DNA of 64,000 nucleotides from Alphaproteobacteria bacterium (GCA_965232515.1 CBDDPY010000002.1:5312001-5376000), one strand, 5' to 3'; shown: positions 1-9,397, counted from the stretch's first letter. A program made the numbers and translations. The notes: generated by a model not told the origin, from the letters alone.

Positions 1-1429
1 CGACGCGATCCGGCTCAAGCTCGTTTTCCCACCATTTGTCGTTATCGACGCCACGGCTGCGCTCGTACTGCCGATCCGCCTCGTCGAAGTCGCGGTCCAT
101 GCGCTCCTGAACCTCCTGCGGTGCAGGTTCGCGCTTGAGCCCCATTTCGCGTTCACTCAGTTGCGCTGACTGCTGCATCAGCCGGTGGATCTTTTCTGTC
201 TTCTGATCATCGGACAGCAGCGGGTCTTTCTGGACCATCTCGAGATCACGTTCGATCTGGCGCCGCTCGGCGCTTATCGCGCGCTCGGAACGCCTTTCTT
301 CGATAGGTGCTTCGCGGATTTGCTCGGGTGGCTCGGTCCGAAGATATGGCTGTACACGGTCACCGTCCTGCTCATCGTCTCGATCGTCTCGTTGAGCATG
401 GTCGCTTCCCGGGGACACGGGGCGCCCGTCCCGATCCGGAACGGGCCGATTTTCCCGGTCCCAAAGGTCGAGTAGTTCTCGCTGATCGGTTTCTCCCAGG
501 CCGAGTCCCCGTTCCAGCTCTTCGCGATCTACCCGCGTGATCAAGTGCTCACGCTTGGCGTGCAGGGCTACCAGGTTTTGGTCCTGAGCACGGATGTCGT
601 CGAGTTTCTCCGGCTCACGTTTGCCGAGTTCGCTGATTTGACGCTGAGCTTCAACAAGCTCCTTGTAGTTGGTTTCCATAGCCTGAACCTCCTGCGAGCG
701 CTCGACCCTGCTGCCGGTGTCGATCTTGCGGTAGTCCACCTCGCGAACGTTACCCCACTTGCTGCGGTATCTGACGACTTTCGACTCGGGTTGCTTACCG
801 CGTGCGACCATTTCCCGGACACGCGGCCCCTGATGGACCTGAGGCGGCCGATCGATACCCTGTGCCTTCAGGGAACGATGATCGACCGATTTGGCGATGC
901 CTGCATTTTTCAGGGCGGCGTTAGTCAGCTCTTCCCATGCCCGGCGTGTGCTGGTGACGAACATATTGCTGTCGAGCGACCGATTTTTCTTCCCGAAAGC
1001 GTCTCCTTCGATCGGTCGCGTCGTGAGCAACATGTGACCATGAGGGTTGCCTTCCTCATCGTCGTGGATGTTGAAGTCGACAATCAGTCCCAGGGCCACG
1101 AACCGCTGGGCGAAGGCGCGGCCCAGCTCGATGTTCTGTTCGAGTGACATCTCTACCTGAAAAGCGAGTTGAACTTCCTTGCATAGCCTCGCGTCTTTAC
1201 GCTTCTCCGCTGCCTCTGCCCTGTTCCAGAGTTGCTCGCGATCATGTGCCCACAGGGGCGTGTCATCCGGCGTGATGATCTCACTATGGGTGACGTCCTG
1301 TTTTCGCGAGAAATCGGAATACTGCTTCTCGCGCTCGTTCCAGAGTTTTCGACTGCTGCGATACGCCGCTGCCGCGACCGCACTTTTGCCATCGCGCCTG
1401 CTGACGTTTTTTATGGTCAGGTGATACAT
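1..1429 (-). CDS. mobA: MobA/MobL (MOBQ) family relaxase, 3' end runs off the window
   Basis: Manual translation of the minus strand from ATG 1429 gives MYHLTIKNVSRRDGKSAVAAAAYRS (catalytic Tyr motif), LWNRAEAAEKRKDARL, IHDDEEGNPHGHMLLTTR (3H motif) and VDHRSLKAQGIDRPPQVHQGP. The frame stays open to base 1, which is probably why the ORF track omits it. Confidence 0.93.
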   Translation of the reverse strand, partial: MYHLTIKNVSRRDGKSAVAAAAYRSSRKLWNEREKQYSDFSRKQDVTHSEIITPDDTPLWAHDREQLWNRAEAAEKRKDARLCKEVQLAFQVEMSLEQNIELGRAFAQRFVALGLIVDFNIHDDEEGNPHGHMLLTTRPIEGDAFGKKNRSLDSNMFVTSTRRAWEELTNAALKNAGIAKSVDHRSLKAQGIDRPPQVHQGPRVREMVARGKQPESKVVRYRSKWGNVREVDYRKIDTGSRVERSQEVQAMETNYKELVEAQRQISELGKREPEKLDDIRAQDQNLVALHAKREHLITRVDREELERGLGLGETDQRELLDLWDRENRPVPDRDGRPVSPGSDHAQRDDRDDEQDGDRVQPYLRTEPPEQIREAPIEERRSERAISAERRQIERDLEMVQKDPLLSDDQKTEKIHRLMQQSAQLSEREMGLKREPAPQEVQERMDRDFDEADRQYERSRGVDNDKWWENELEPDRV

Positions 1430-1485
1430 CGCCGTTCTCGATCACCTACGTAGCTCACAGGTCGGACGGCAGGCAGGCTCGACGT

Positions 1486-1546
1486 GGTCCCCCTCACTTC
1501 GGGGGGACCCGGCGAGACTGCCGGGGTGCAGGGGGTATCCCCCTGC
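1486..1546. repeat. Two GC-rich hairpins between oriT and the relaxase gene (possible ssi or leader structures)
   Basis: GGTCCCCC(1486-1493)/GGGGGACC(1502-1509) and GCAGGGGG(1528-1535)-TAT-CCCCCTGC(1539-1546). Confidence 0.55.
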
Positions 1547-1595
1547 CGCACTTCCGCGTTCGTGGCGGCAGCTTCGCTGCACCGCGAACACGGCA

Positions 1596-1640
1596 GCGTC
1601 GCGTCAATGCGTACGCGTTGCGCGATGCGTAAGTGCGCCG
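1596..1640 (+). other. oriT/nic site, MOBQ (RSF1010/R1162-like)
   Basis: Imperfect inverted repeat directly followed by GTAAGTGCG|CC (1629-1639), matching the RSF1010-type nic core TAAGTGCG|CCCT, about 200 bp upstream of the relaxase. Confidence 0.8.
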
Positions 1641-1788
1641 TTCTTTTTGAATGTTACATCAACGGGATGGCGACGAGGACCGCCAGAAGCACCCGAGTCG
1701 GCGCCAGGCGGGATATCAAATGCTTAGCTGGCCCAGAAATACACAGTTTCTTACACATACACAAATACATTCGAAAATATATCAATAA

Positions 1789-1801
1789 TATCAAATAATT
1801 A
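1789..1801 (+). promoter_or_regulatory. IHF-consensus site in the att arm
   Basis: TATCAA-ATAA-TTA fits WATCAA-N4-TTR. It sits in an AT-rich stretch that also has TACACA repeats (1740-1770) resembling integrase arm sites. Confidence 0.45.
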
Positions 1802-1817
1802 CGATATACCCAACAAC

Positions 1818-1871
1818 ACTCAAAATCACGTTTCTCCGGAAGTGCCTGTTCGAGTCAGGCCGGGGGCACCA
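1818..1871 (+). pseudogene. 3' half of tRNA-Leu(CAA), serving as the att site (attR)
   Basis: Anticodon loop CTCAAAA, 3' stem TCACG, variable arm, T-arm GCCTG-TTCGAGT-CAGGC and acceptor strand CGGGGGC-A-CCA. The 5' half (D-arm and 5' acceptor strand) is absent. Confidence 0.88.
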
Positions 1872-1956
1872 CCCTTCGCTCTTCGAGCTTCGGGTGGCAG
1901 GCCACCAGAAGATAATTAGACGAAGGCGTGTCCTCCGAAGCCTTGGCGTAGGCGGG
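1872..1956. repeat. tRNA-adjacent palindromic repeat element of alphaproteobacterial type
   Basis: CCTTCGCTCTTCGAGCTTCGGGTGGCAGGCC...GAAGG...CCGAAGCCTTGGCGTAGGCGGG. Recognised by resemblance only. Confidence 0.35.
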
Positions 1957-2072
1957 CGTGGTCAATCTCGTTTTGCGGCAATTTCTGCAAAAAATCTCTC
2001 TTTACGGCAATTTAACACGGGTCTCCGACACTTCGCGGCAACCGAACACCGCCATCGGGCCTGGAGACCGGC

Positions 2073-2492
2073 ATGACACCCGAACAGATCGCGCATGTGC
2101 AGAACACCTTCAAAATGGTGCTGCCCATCAAGGAAACCGCCGCCAAGCTGTTCTATGACCGGCTGTTCGCGCTCGATCCCGATCTCAGGCCCATGTTCAA
2201 GGGCGATATGGCCGAGCAGGGCCGCAAGCTGATGACGGTGCTGGCGACGGCCGTCGGCAACCTGGAGAAGCTGGACGAGATCCTGCCGACCGTGCAGGCG
2301 CTGGGCGAGCAGCACGCCGAGTTCGGCGTCACGCCCGAGCACTACAATACGGTCGGCGAGGCGCTGATCTGGACGCTGGAGCAGGGGTTGACCGACGCGT
2401 TTACGAGCGAGGTCAAGGAGGCCTGGGTCGCCGTTTTCAGCGCGCTGTCCACCGTCATGCAGGATGCCGCCGCGAAAAAGGCGGCCGCATAG
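2073..2492 (+). CDS. Single-domain globin (bacterial hemoglobin-like)
   Basis: FYDRLF...LRPMF, QGRKL, proximal His in LGEQHAEFGV, HYNTVGEAL, AW; GGAG RBS. Confidence 0.92.
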   Translation: MTPEQIAHVQNTFKMVLPIKETAAKLFYDRLFALDPDLRPMFKGDMAEQGRKLMTVLATAVGNLEKLDEILPTVQALGEQHAEFGVTPEHYNTVGEALIWTLEQGLTDAFTSEVKEAWVAVFSALSTVMQDAAAKKAAA

Positions 2493-2885
2493 AAATCGCC
2501 GCCGTTCCGCATTCGCTTGCGGCGCCGCTGGCGGCATCGACGGTCTCGGCCGCTTTGGCGCGGGCCGCGCTGTCGCCGGCCAGTATCGCCGCGCTCCCGA
2601 CCCCACTGATCGGCCTTGGTCTCGCGCGGCGCGGCGTCCACAAGACATAGACACAGCCGAAAACACGCGTGATCACGGCGGCCCAACGGGTCGCCGTTTT
2701 TGGTCAAACCATTGATTTTGCGAAAACTTGTGATGCCAAGCGCGGTCTCACCCGTGGTTGCGGCATCCCCTAATTTTTCCCACGTTAAGCGATTATTTGC
2801 TCTCGCTGATCTAAGCTCGGCAACGTTCGGCGGTCGTCCGAACGCCGTTGCGGCACGCGCCGCGGACGACGATGAGGGGGTCATC

Positions 2886-3440
2886 GTGCAGGTAATCAGC
2901 GATCGGCAACAGACGCCGGCGGCCGATGCGCCGCAAGGCGAGGATCTGTCCAATTTGGAGATACTGGTGGTCGACGACAGCTACCACATGCGTCGGCTGC
3001 TTCGAACGCTGCTTCAGGTTTTGAAGGTCCGCAACGTCCACGAAGCCGAAAACGGCGCCGACGCGCTCGCGGCGCTCAGGTCGTCCCCTATCGACATCGT
3101 GCTGGCCGATTGCCAGATGCAGCCGGTCGATGGCATTCAGCTGGCGCAGAAAATCCGGCGCTCGGACAAGCTGCCGAATTCGGCCGTGCCGATCATCATG
3201 ATCTCCGGCCATTCCAGTCCCGAGCTCATTACCCAGGCGCGGGACGTCGGCGTGCATGAATTTCTGCTGAAGCCGGTCTCGGCGACATCGCTGCAGGAAC
3301 GTATCACGTCGGTATTGGCGCGGCCGCGTCCTTTCGTGCGCAGCGCCGGCTATGTCGGGCCCTGCCGGCGCCGGCGCGACCGCAATGCCTATGCCGGGCC
3401 GGAACGGCGCGGAACGTCCCGGACGGCGAAGTCCGACTAA
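2886..3440 (+). CDS. CheY-like response regulator with an Arg-rich c-di-GMP-binding tail (Cle type)
   Basis: REC motifs VVDD, LAD, SG, LKP. C-terminal YVGPCRRR and YAGPERR. GTG start chosen after GAGGGG. Confidence 0.85.
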   Translation: MQVISDRQQTPAADAPQGEDLSNLEILVVDDSYHMRRLLRTLLQVLKVRNVHEAENGADALAALRSSPIDIVLADCQMQPVDGIQLAQKIRRSDKLPNSAVPIIMISGHSSPELITQARDVGVHEFLLKPVSATSLQERITSVLARPRPFVRSAGYVGPCRRRRDRNAYAGPERRGTSRTAKSD

Positions 3441-3482
3441 CGGAACACGGTGTCGGTTGGGTCGTTCCGATCGGCGATCGGG

Positions 3483-4184
3483 TCAGCCGCCGTTCTGAGC
3501 GGCGGGGCCGTTCAGGCGCATCTTGATCTTACCGAGCAGGCTCTTGGTTTCGCCGTCGTCCTCGACCACCTGGTTGTAGTCGACCTGGTGCTGCGACCGC
3601 ATTGACGCCACCAGATTGGCGTCGGCGGCGTCCGGCGCGGGATTCTGGACCGGCGTGTCGGCGGGGACGGGGGCTGGCGTGGGCGCCGGATCGCTCACCG
3701 GCAGGGATTCGGCCGTGGCGGCGGGCACCGTCGCCGGCGGTTCGCTGGCGGGTACGTCCGGCGGCATCTGCGGTGCCGGCGGATCGGCCGGCGCGGCGCT
3801 GACCGACGCGGTTGCCGGCGTCGGCGGCGGGTTGGGCGCCTCGGCTTGCGGCGTCGGCGGGCTCTCCGGGCCGGCGGCTTGGGCCGGTGTCTCGGGGCCT
3901 GCCGGCGGCGCGTCCGCCGCGCCGCCGGCGCCCCCCGACAGCATGTCGACGTCGGCCTGCGAGATCGGCGAGTCCTCGTCGTGCTGCTCGATCAGGCGAA
4001 TCATCGTCTGCAGCCAATTCTTCATCAACTTGTTTTCGTCGATCAGCTTTTTGTTCTCGTCCTGCAGCCGCAACAGCTCCAGTTCGACGTCCTTGTTCTT
4101 GTCCTGGCGGCCGGAAAGCGCGGCGGTTGCCTGCGCCACGCGGCCTTCCAGATCCCGCATCTCGAGTTCACGAAGATCGACCAT
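3483..4184 (-). CDS. Hypothetical protein: N-terminal coiled coil plus long Pro/Ala-rich disordered region
   Basis: Heptad pattern ELLRLQDENKKLIDENKLMK followed by about 110 aa rich in P/A. Confidence 0.75.
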   Translation of the reverse strand: MVDLRELEMRDLEGRVAQATAALSGRQDKNKDVELELLRLQDENKKLIDENKLMKNWLQTMIRLIEQHDEDSPISQADVDMLSGGAGGAADAPPAGPETPAQAAGPESPPTPQAEAPNPPPTPATASVSAAPADPPAPQMPPDVPASEPPATVPAATAESLPVSDPAPTPAPVPADTPVQNPAPDAADANLVASMRSQHQVDYNQVVEDDGETKSLLGKIKMRLNGPAAQNGG

Positions 4185-4244
4185 TGCTGCCCTGTCGTCT
4201 GATGTGTCCGACCTGCCAATGCAGCAAACACTAGTGAAGATCGC

Positions 4245-4259
4245 TTAAGAGCCGGTAAA
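4245..4259. promoter_or_regulatory. CtrA-like box
   Basis: TTAA-GAGCCGG-TAAA (TTAA-N7-TTAA with one mismatch), 60 bp upstream of the coiled-coil gene. Confidence 0.35.
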
Positions 4260-4484
4260 ACGCGTGTCCTCGCGGGCGGGACGGGAAGACAAAAAATCCC
4301 CAGTTCTTGCCGGATTTTCGAATCTCGCCGCTGCCGGGGCTTGTGGCAATTTTGCGACCTGCGGGGTTGGGCGGACGGCGTCGGCCGCCGGTCGTTGCCG
4401 ACCGGGAAGCGTCGTCTGACCGCAAGGCAGGTCGATTGTGGTCGCGAATTGCGCTAGGATTGCGGCTCCGCCGACGGGCAACGG

Positions 4485-5816
4485 GTGATGACCCGACAAC
4501 GCGCGACAATAGCCGCCCACCGCTTCGGCATGGGCCCCCGTTCGGGCGACGTCGAGCGTATATCCGGCGACCCGAAAGGCTGGCTGGCCGGGCAAATCGA
4601 CACCGGGCCGGAGATGCCCTCGGCGTTTCGCGGCCTCGCGCCGTCGGGCGAGCATGCCGTCGCCTTTCTCGACGCCGTTTATGTCAGCGTCGCCGAGCTC
4701 GTGAGCAAGATCGGCGGCGAATTTCGTCAGGTCTACCGGCAGGAAGCAAAGGCGCGGATGACCGCGGCCATCGACAGCCCGCATCCTTTCCATGAGCGCC
4801 TGGTATGGTTTTGGGCCAACCACTTCACGGTCTCGGCCCGGCGCGCCATCGTCATCGGGCTGGCCGGCGGCTATGAGCGTGAGGCCATTCGCCCGCACGT
4901 GACCGGCAGGTTCGAGGATTTGTTGACCGCCGCGGTCTCGCATCCGGCGATGCTGCTCTATCTCGACAACGCCAACTCGGTGGGCGGCGGTTCTCGCCGC
5001 GGCGCCTATCTGGGCCGCGGCCTGAACGAGAACCTGGCCCGTGAAATCCTGGAGCTGCACACCGTCGGTGTCGATGCCGGCTATACCCAGGACGACGTCC
5101 GGGAACTGGCCAAGATCCTGACCGGCTGGACCTTCAGCGGCCGTTCGGGCTCGCCGCCGGGTGCCTTCGTCTTTACCGGCGGCAGCCATGAGCCCGGCAG
5201 CAAGACGTTGCTCGGCGAGCAGTATCTCGAAAACGGCGTCGAGGAGGGGCGGGCGGCGCTTCGGCGCTTGGCGAAACACCCGGCGACGGCAAGACATATC
5301 GCCGGCAAGATGGCCCGCCACTTCATTGCCGACGACCCGCCGGCCAGCGTTGTCAATCGGTTGGAGTCGGTGTTTCTGGAAACCGACGGCGATCTCAAGC
5401 AGCTCGCGCTGGCGCTGATCGAAATGCCCGAGGCCTGGGATCCGACATTGCGCAAGGTGAAATCGCCGCAGGAATATGTCGTCGCGGTGCTGCGGGCCGC
5501 CGGCGGCGACCACGATCCGGACGAGGTGCTGGCGACGCTGGAAAGTTTCGGCCACCTGCCGTTCATGGCGCCGTCGCCCGCCGGTTGGCCGGATTCGACG
5601 GACGCCTGGATCACGCCCGACGCGATGCTGCGGCGGGCCCGCTGGTGCGCCGAGGTGGCGCGCCGACATGCCGGGCGGATCGACGCCGGGACTGTCATGC
5701 GGGACGCCATCGGCCCGTTGGCCCAGGCGGCGACACGGCAGGCGGTCGAGCAGGCAGGCGACAATGAGGAGGCGCTTGCCTTGATGTTCGCCAGCCCGAC
5801 CTTTCAGCGGAGATAG
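4485..5816 (+). CDS. DUF1800 family protein
   Basis: ERLVWFWANHF, HPAMLLYLDN, NENLAREILELHTVG. Confidence 0.93.
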   Translation: MMTRQRATIAAHRFGMGPRSGDVERISGDPKGWLAGQIDTGPEMPSAFRGLAPSGEHAVAFLDAVYVSVAELVSKIGGEFRQVYRQEAKARMTAAIDSPHPFHERLVWFWANHFTVSARRAIVIGLAGGYEREAIRPHVTGRFEDLLTAAVSHPAMLLYLDNANSVGGGSRRGAYLGRGLNENLAREILELHTVGVDAGYTQDDVRELAKILTGWTFSGRSGSPPGAFVFTGGSHEPGSKTLLGEQYLENGVEEGRAALRRLAKHPATARHIAGKMARHFIADDPPASVVNRLESVFLETDGDLKQLALALIEMPEAWDPTLRKVKSPQEYVVAVLRAAGGDHDPDEVLATLESFGHLPFMAPSPAGWPDSTDAWITPDAMLRRARWCAEVARRHAGRIDAGTVMRDAIGPLAQAATRQAVEQAGDNEEALALMFASPTFQRR

Positions 5817-5819
5817 CGG

Positions 5820-7010
5820 ATGTTGTCACGGCGCCAGATCCTGATGACGGCCGCCTATGGCGGCACGTTGCTGACCGCATTGCCCTTGAACGCGGCCATC
5901 GCACCGGCGCCGACCGACCGGCGTCTGGTTGTCATCAACCTGCGCGGCGGCGTGGATGGCCTGGCGCTGGTGCCGGCGATCGGCGATCCGGCTTTCGAAG
6001 CCCTGCGCCGCGAGCTGTCGCCGCTGACCGACGACATCGTCGCGCTCGACGGCTATTTCGGCCTGCACGAAAAGCTGGCGCCGCTCGGCGCCTTCTGGCG
6101 CGAAAAGCAACTGGCGGTCGTTCACGCGGCCGCGACCGCGCACCGGGGCCGCTCCCACTTCGACGCCCAGGACGAACTCGAGACCGGGCTCGACCGCCCC
6201 GGCGCGACGACGGCCGGTTGGCTGAACCGCGCGCTCGGCTATTTCGACGTGGCCGCGCCGCGTCTCGGCCTGGCGGTCGGCTATGACAAGCCGCGGATCC
6301 TGTTGGGGCCCGTGCCGGTCGCGACCTGGGCGCCACGTCGACTGCCGGCCGCCGACGGCCAGTTCCTCGACAAGCTGTTGCAGGTCAGCCGGCACGACGC
6401 CGCGCTCGGCCAGGCGCTCGCCGACGGCATGGCGTTCGCCGCGGCGAACGATGAACGGCTGGGCGAGGACGCGCGCGTCGCCGGTCCGGCCAGCGGCGGC
6501 CGCGCCAGGATCAGGCAGTTGGCGCGGGCCGCCGGCAAACTGCTCTCGGCCGAGGCGGGCGGGCGCATCGCCGCCCTCGACATCGGCGGCTGGGACACGC
6601 ACGGTTTCCAGCATATCGCCCTGTCCTATCGCATGCCGTACCTCGCGGACGCGGTTCTGGCGCTGCGCGACGGCCTGGGCGATGCCTGGCGGCAATCGCT
6701 GATCCTGGTGGTCACGGAATTCGGCCGCACCGCCGGACCGAACGGCACGCAAGGCACCGACCACGGCACCGCCAGCGCGGCGTTGTTGATCGGCGGCGCC
6801 GTCGAGGGCGGCCGGATCGTCGCCGACTGGCCGGGGCTGCGCATCGACGATCTCCATGACGGTCGCGACCTGCGTCCGACCATGGATCTGCGTGCGCTGT
6901 TCAAGACCGTCCTGACGGCGCATCTCGGCATCGACCTGGCCTATGTCGATCGCCGTGTCTTTCCCGACCATGCCGGTATCCGGCCGCTCGACGGACTGGT
7001 GCGGACTTAA
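5820..7010 (+). CDS. DUF1501 family protein, Tat signal
   Basis: SRRQIL, LRGGVDGL, RSHFDAQ, GGWDTH, TEFGRT, GTDHG. Confidence 0.93.
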   Translation: MLSRRQILMTAAYGGTLLTALPLNAAIAPAPTDRRLVVINLRGGVDGLALVPAIGDPAFEALRRELSPLTDDIVALDGYFGLHEKLAPLGAFWREKQLAVVHAAATAHRGRSHFDAQDELETGLDRPGATTAGWLNRALGYFDVAAPRLGLAVGYDKPRILLGPVPVATWAPRRLPAADGQFLDKLLQVSRHDAALGQALADGMAFAAANDERLGEDARVAGPASGGRARIRQLARAAGKLLSAEAGGRIAALDIGGWDTHGFQHIALSYRMPYLADAVLALRDGLGDAWRQSLILVVTEFGRTAGPNGTQGTDHGTASAALLIGGAVEGGRIVADWPGLRIDDLHDGRDLRPTMDLRALFKTVLTAHLGIDLAYVDRRVFPDHAGIRPLDGLVRT

Positions 7011-7090
7011 GCATACGGCCCACAGCTGCATATTTTTCTCGCCGCGCGGGCGGCGTTGCCGGGCTAGACTGTGCGGCGACGGAGGCATGT

Positions 7091-8200
7091 GTGACGCGGA
7101 ACCTGATCATTCTCCCGGGCGAGGGCATCGGACCCGAGGTGATCCGCCAGGCTCGGCGCGTTATCGAATGGCTCGACGAGTATCGTGGGCTCGATATCGC
7201 TGTGCGCGAGGAAGCTTACGGGGTGGAGGCCTATCGCCGCCATGGCAGCGTCATCGCCGACGAGGTGCGGGCCGATCTGGCGACCGTCGACGCGGTGCTG
7301 TTCGGCGCCACCGGCGGCCCGGAATTCGAGGAAATCCCGCTCGAGGTGCGCCGCGCCGGCAGCCTGCTGGCGATCCGCCGCGAGATGCAGGTCTTCGCCA
7401 ATCTGCGGCCGATCGTCGGCTATGCCGAGCTGGCTGACGCGTCCGCATTGAAGGCCGACGTGGTCGCCGGCGTCGACCTGATCGTCGTGCGCGAGCTGAA
7501 CGGCGGCCTCTATTTCGGCGAGCCGCGCGGCATCGAGGATCTGCCCGAGGGCGGTCAACGCGGTTTCAACACGCTGACCTACGCGACCTGGGAGATCGAG
7601 CGCATCGCCAGGGCCGCGTTCGCGCTGGCGCAGGGCCGCGACGGCCGGCTCTGCTCGGTCGACAAGTCGAACGTGCTCGAGACCGGCCGGCTCTGGCGCG
7701 AGGTCGTGACGCGCGTCGGCGCCGAGGAATTTCCGGACGTCCGGCTCAGCCATATCCTGGTCGACAACTGCGCCATGCAGCTTGCGCGCGAGCCAAAGCA
7801 GTTCGACGTGCTGTTGGCCGACAACATGTTCGGCGACATCCTGTCCGACATTGGCGGCGCCGTCTCCGGCTCGCTCGGGATGCTGCCGTCGGCCTCGCTG
7901 GCGGCGCCCGACGCCGACGGCCGCCGCGCTGCGCTTTACGAACCGGTGCACGGCAGCGCGCCCGACATCGCCGGCCAGGGCATCGCCAATCCGCTGGGCG
8001 CTGTTCTGAGCGTCGCACTGATGCTGCGGCACTCGTTGGATCGCGAGGATGACGCGGCGCTGCTGGAACGGGCCGTGCGCAGGGCGCTGGGCAAGGGTGC
8101 GCGCACGCCCGATATCCGCGCGCCGAATCGGCCGGCCTTGTCGACCGAGGGTATGGGCGATGCGGTCGTCGCGGCGCTGGCGGAGGTCGCCTCGGGCTGA
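7091..8200 (+). CDS. leuB: 3-isopropylmalate dehydrogenase
   Basis: GEGIGPEV, NLRP, VRELNGGLYFG, DKSNVL, NMFGDILSD, EPVHGSAPDIAG. Confidence 0.88.
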   Translation: MTRNLIILPGEGIGPEVIRQARRVIEWLDEYRGLDIAVREEAYGVEAYRRHGSVIADEVRADLATVDAVLFGATGGPEFEEIPLEVRRAGSLLAIRREMQVFANLRPIVGYAELADASALKADVVAGVDLIVVRELNGGLYFGEPRGIEDLPEGGQRGFNTLTYATWEIERIARAAFALAQGRDGRLCSVDKSNVLETGRLWREVVTRVGAEEFPDVRLSHILVDNCAMQLAREPKQFDVLLADNMFGDILSDIGGAVSGSLGMLPSASLAAPDADGRRAALYEPVHGSAPDIAGQGIANPLGAVLSVALMLRHSLDREDDAALLERAVRRALGKGARTPDIRAPNRPALSTEGMGDAVVAALAEVASG

Positions 8201-8227
8201 TCGCGCCACGCGGAATCGGAGGAGACG

Positions 8228-9397
8228 TTGATGGACTACCGCGTGATTTCCGCCGACTGCCACGTCGATCTGATCTGGCTGCCGCCCGATCTCTTCACCG
8301 CCAACGCCACGGCGGCCATGAAGGACCGTATGCCGTTTGTGACCGACGGCGAGAAGGGGCCGGTCTGGGTCTCCCGTAACGGCGCCTATTTCGGCTTGCA
8401 GAACGGCATGGGCTCGGCCGGCCGCGAATACGTGCCCGGCCAGATCCATCGCTCGGACCGCATGGCCGAGCAGGGCCTTTATAACGACGGCAAAAAGGGC
8501 ATCCGGCGGCTCACCGATCCCGATCTCAGGATCAAGGACCAGGATCTCGACGGCATCCAGGCCGAGGTGCTCTACGGCATCCTCGGCGCGGCGCAACGCC
8601 TTGACGACCCGCCGGCCGCCGTCGAGATGATGCGGATCTACAACGAATGGCTGGCCGACTTCTGCGCCACCCACCCCGAGCGTTTCGCCGGCATCGCCTC
8701 GATCCCGGGCGACGACATGGACGCGGCCGTCGCCGAGATCGAGCGGGTCGCCAAGCGCGGCGTCGTGCGCGGGCTCGAAGTGCCCCTGCAGGCCGACATG
8801 GCGCCGCTCTACGACGAGCGCTGGCGGCCGCTCTGGCAAGCTGCGAACGCCACCGGCCTGCCCGTGCATTTCCACACGATCGGCGGCAAGCGGCCGAACC
8901 TCGAGGCCATGGAGCCGTTGCAGGCGCGCCGGGCCTTCGCGGTCTACATCACCGGCTTTCAACTCAACATGGCGTCCAAGCTGATGGAGGTCGTTTATGG
9001 CGGCGTGCTGGAAGCCTGTCCCGACCTCAAGGTCGTGATCGGCGAGAGCGGCATCGGCTGGATCCCTTACGTGCTCGAGCACATGGATCTGGAATGGGAA
9101 GATCAGTTCAAGGACCTGACGCTGACCATGAAGCCGTCGGACTACTGGCGCCGGCAATGCCTCGCCACCTATCAGAGCGATCCCGTCGGCATTCGGCTGA
9201 TCGACATCCTGGGCGAGGACAACGTCATGTGGGGTTCGGACTTTCCGCATCCCGACGGCGTTTGGCCCGACAGCCAGGACTTCATCGCGCGCGAGCTCGG
9301 CGGCGTGTCGCCCGCGATCCGGCGCAAGATCGTCTGTGACAACGCCGCCCGCCTCTATGGCTTTCGGACCGCCGCCGCCGATCGGTTGACCGCCTAA
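8228..9397 (+). CDS. Amidohydrolase_2 family protein
   Basis: ISADCH, YNEWLADFC, HFH, ESGIGWIP, MWGSDFPH. Confidence 0.9.
   Translation: MMDYRVISADCHVDLIWLPPDLFTANATAAMKDRMPFVTDGEKGPVWVSRNGAYFGLQNGMGSAGREYVPGQIHRSDRMAEQGLYNDGKKGIRRLTDPDLRIKDQDLDGIQAEVLYGILGAAQRLDDPPAAVEMMRIYNEWLADFCATHPERFAGIASIPGDDMDAAVAEIERVAKRGVVRGLEVPLQADMAPLYDERWRPLWQAANATGLPVHFHTIGGKRPNLEAMEPLQARRAFAVYITGFQLNMASKLMEVVYGGVLEACPDLKVVIGESGIGWIPYVLEHMDLEWEDQFKDLTLTMKPSDYWRRQCLATYQSDPVGIRLIDILGEDNVMWGSDFPHPDGVWPDSQDFIARELGGVSPAIRRKIVCDNAARLYGFRTAAADRLTA

Larger units (their letters stand above)
1..1871. mobile_element. Right end of an integrative mobilizable element inserted in tRNA-Leu(CAA)
   Basis: Relaxase, then oriT, then an AT-rich arm region, ending at a tRNA 3'-half fragment. 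Confidence 0.8.

Noticed and set aside
185-1424. Plus-strand ORFs (185..475, 545..1147, 1179..1424 and others)
   Set aside because: Antisense shadows of the minus-strand relaxase
1780-1871. Intact tRNA-Leu gene
   Set aside because: No D-arm or 5' acceptor strand, and the 5' anticodon stem does not pair. It is an att fragment.
3483-4184. PopZ
   Set aside because: Lacks the N-terminal EEILASIRRII helix and the conserved C-terminal helical domain
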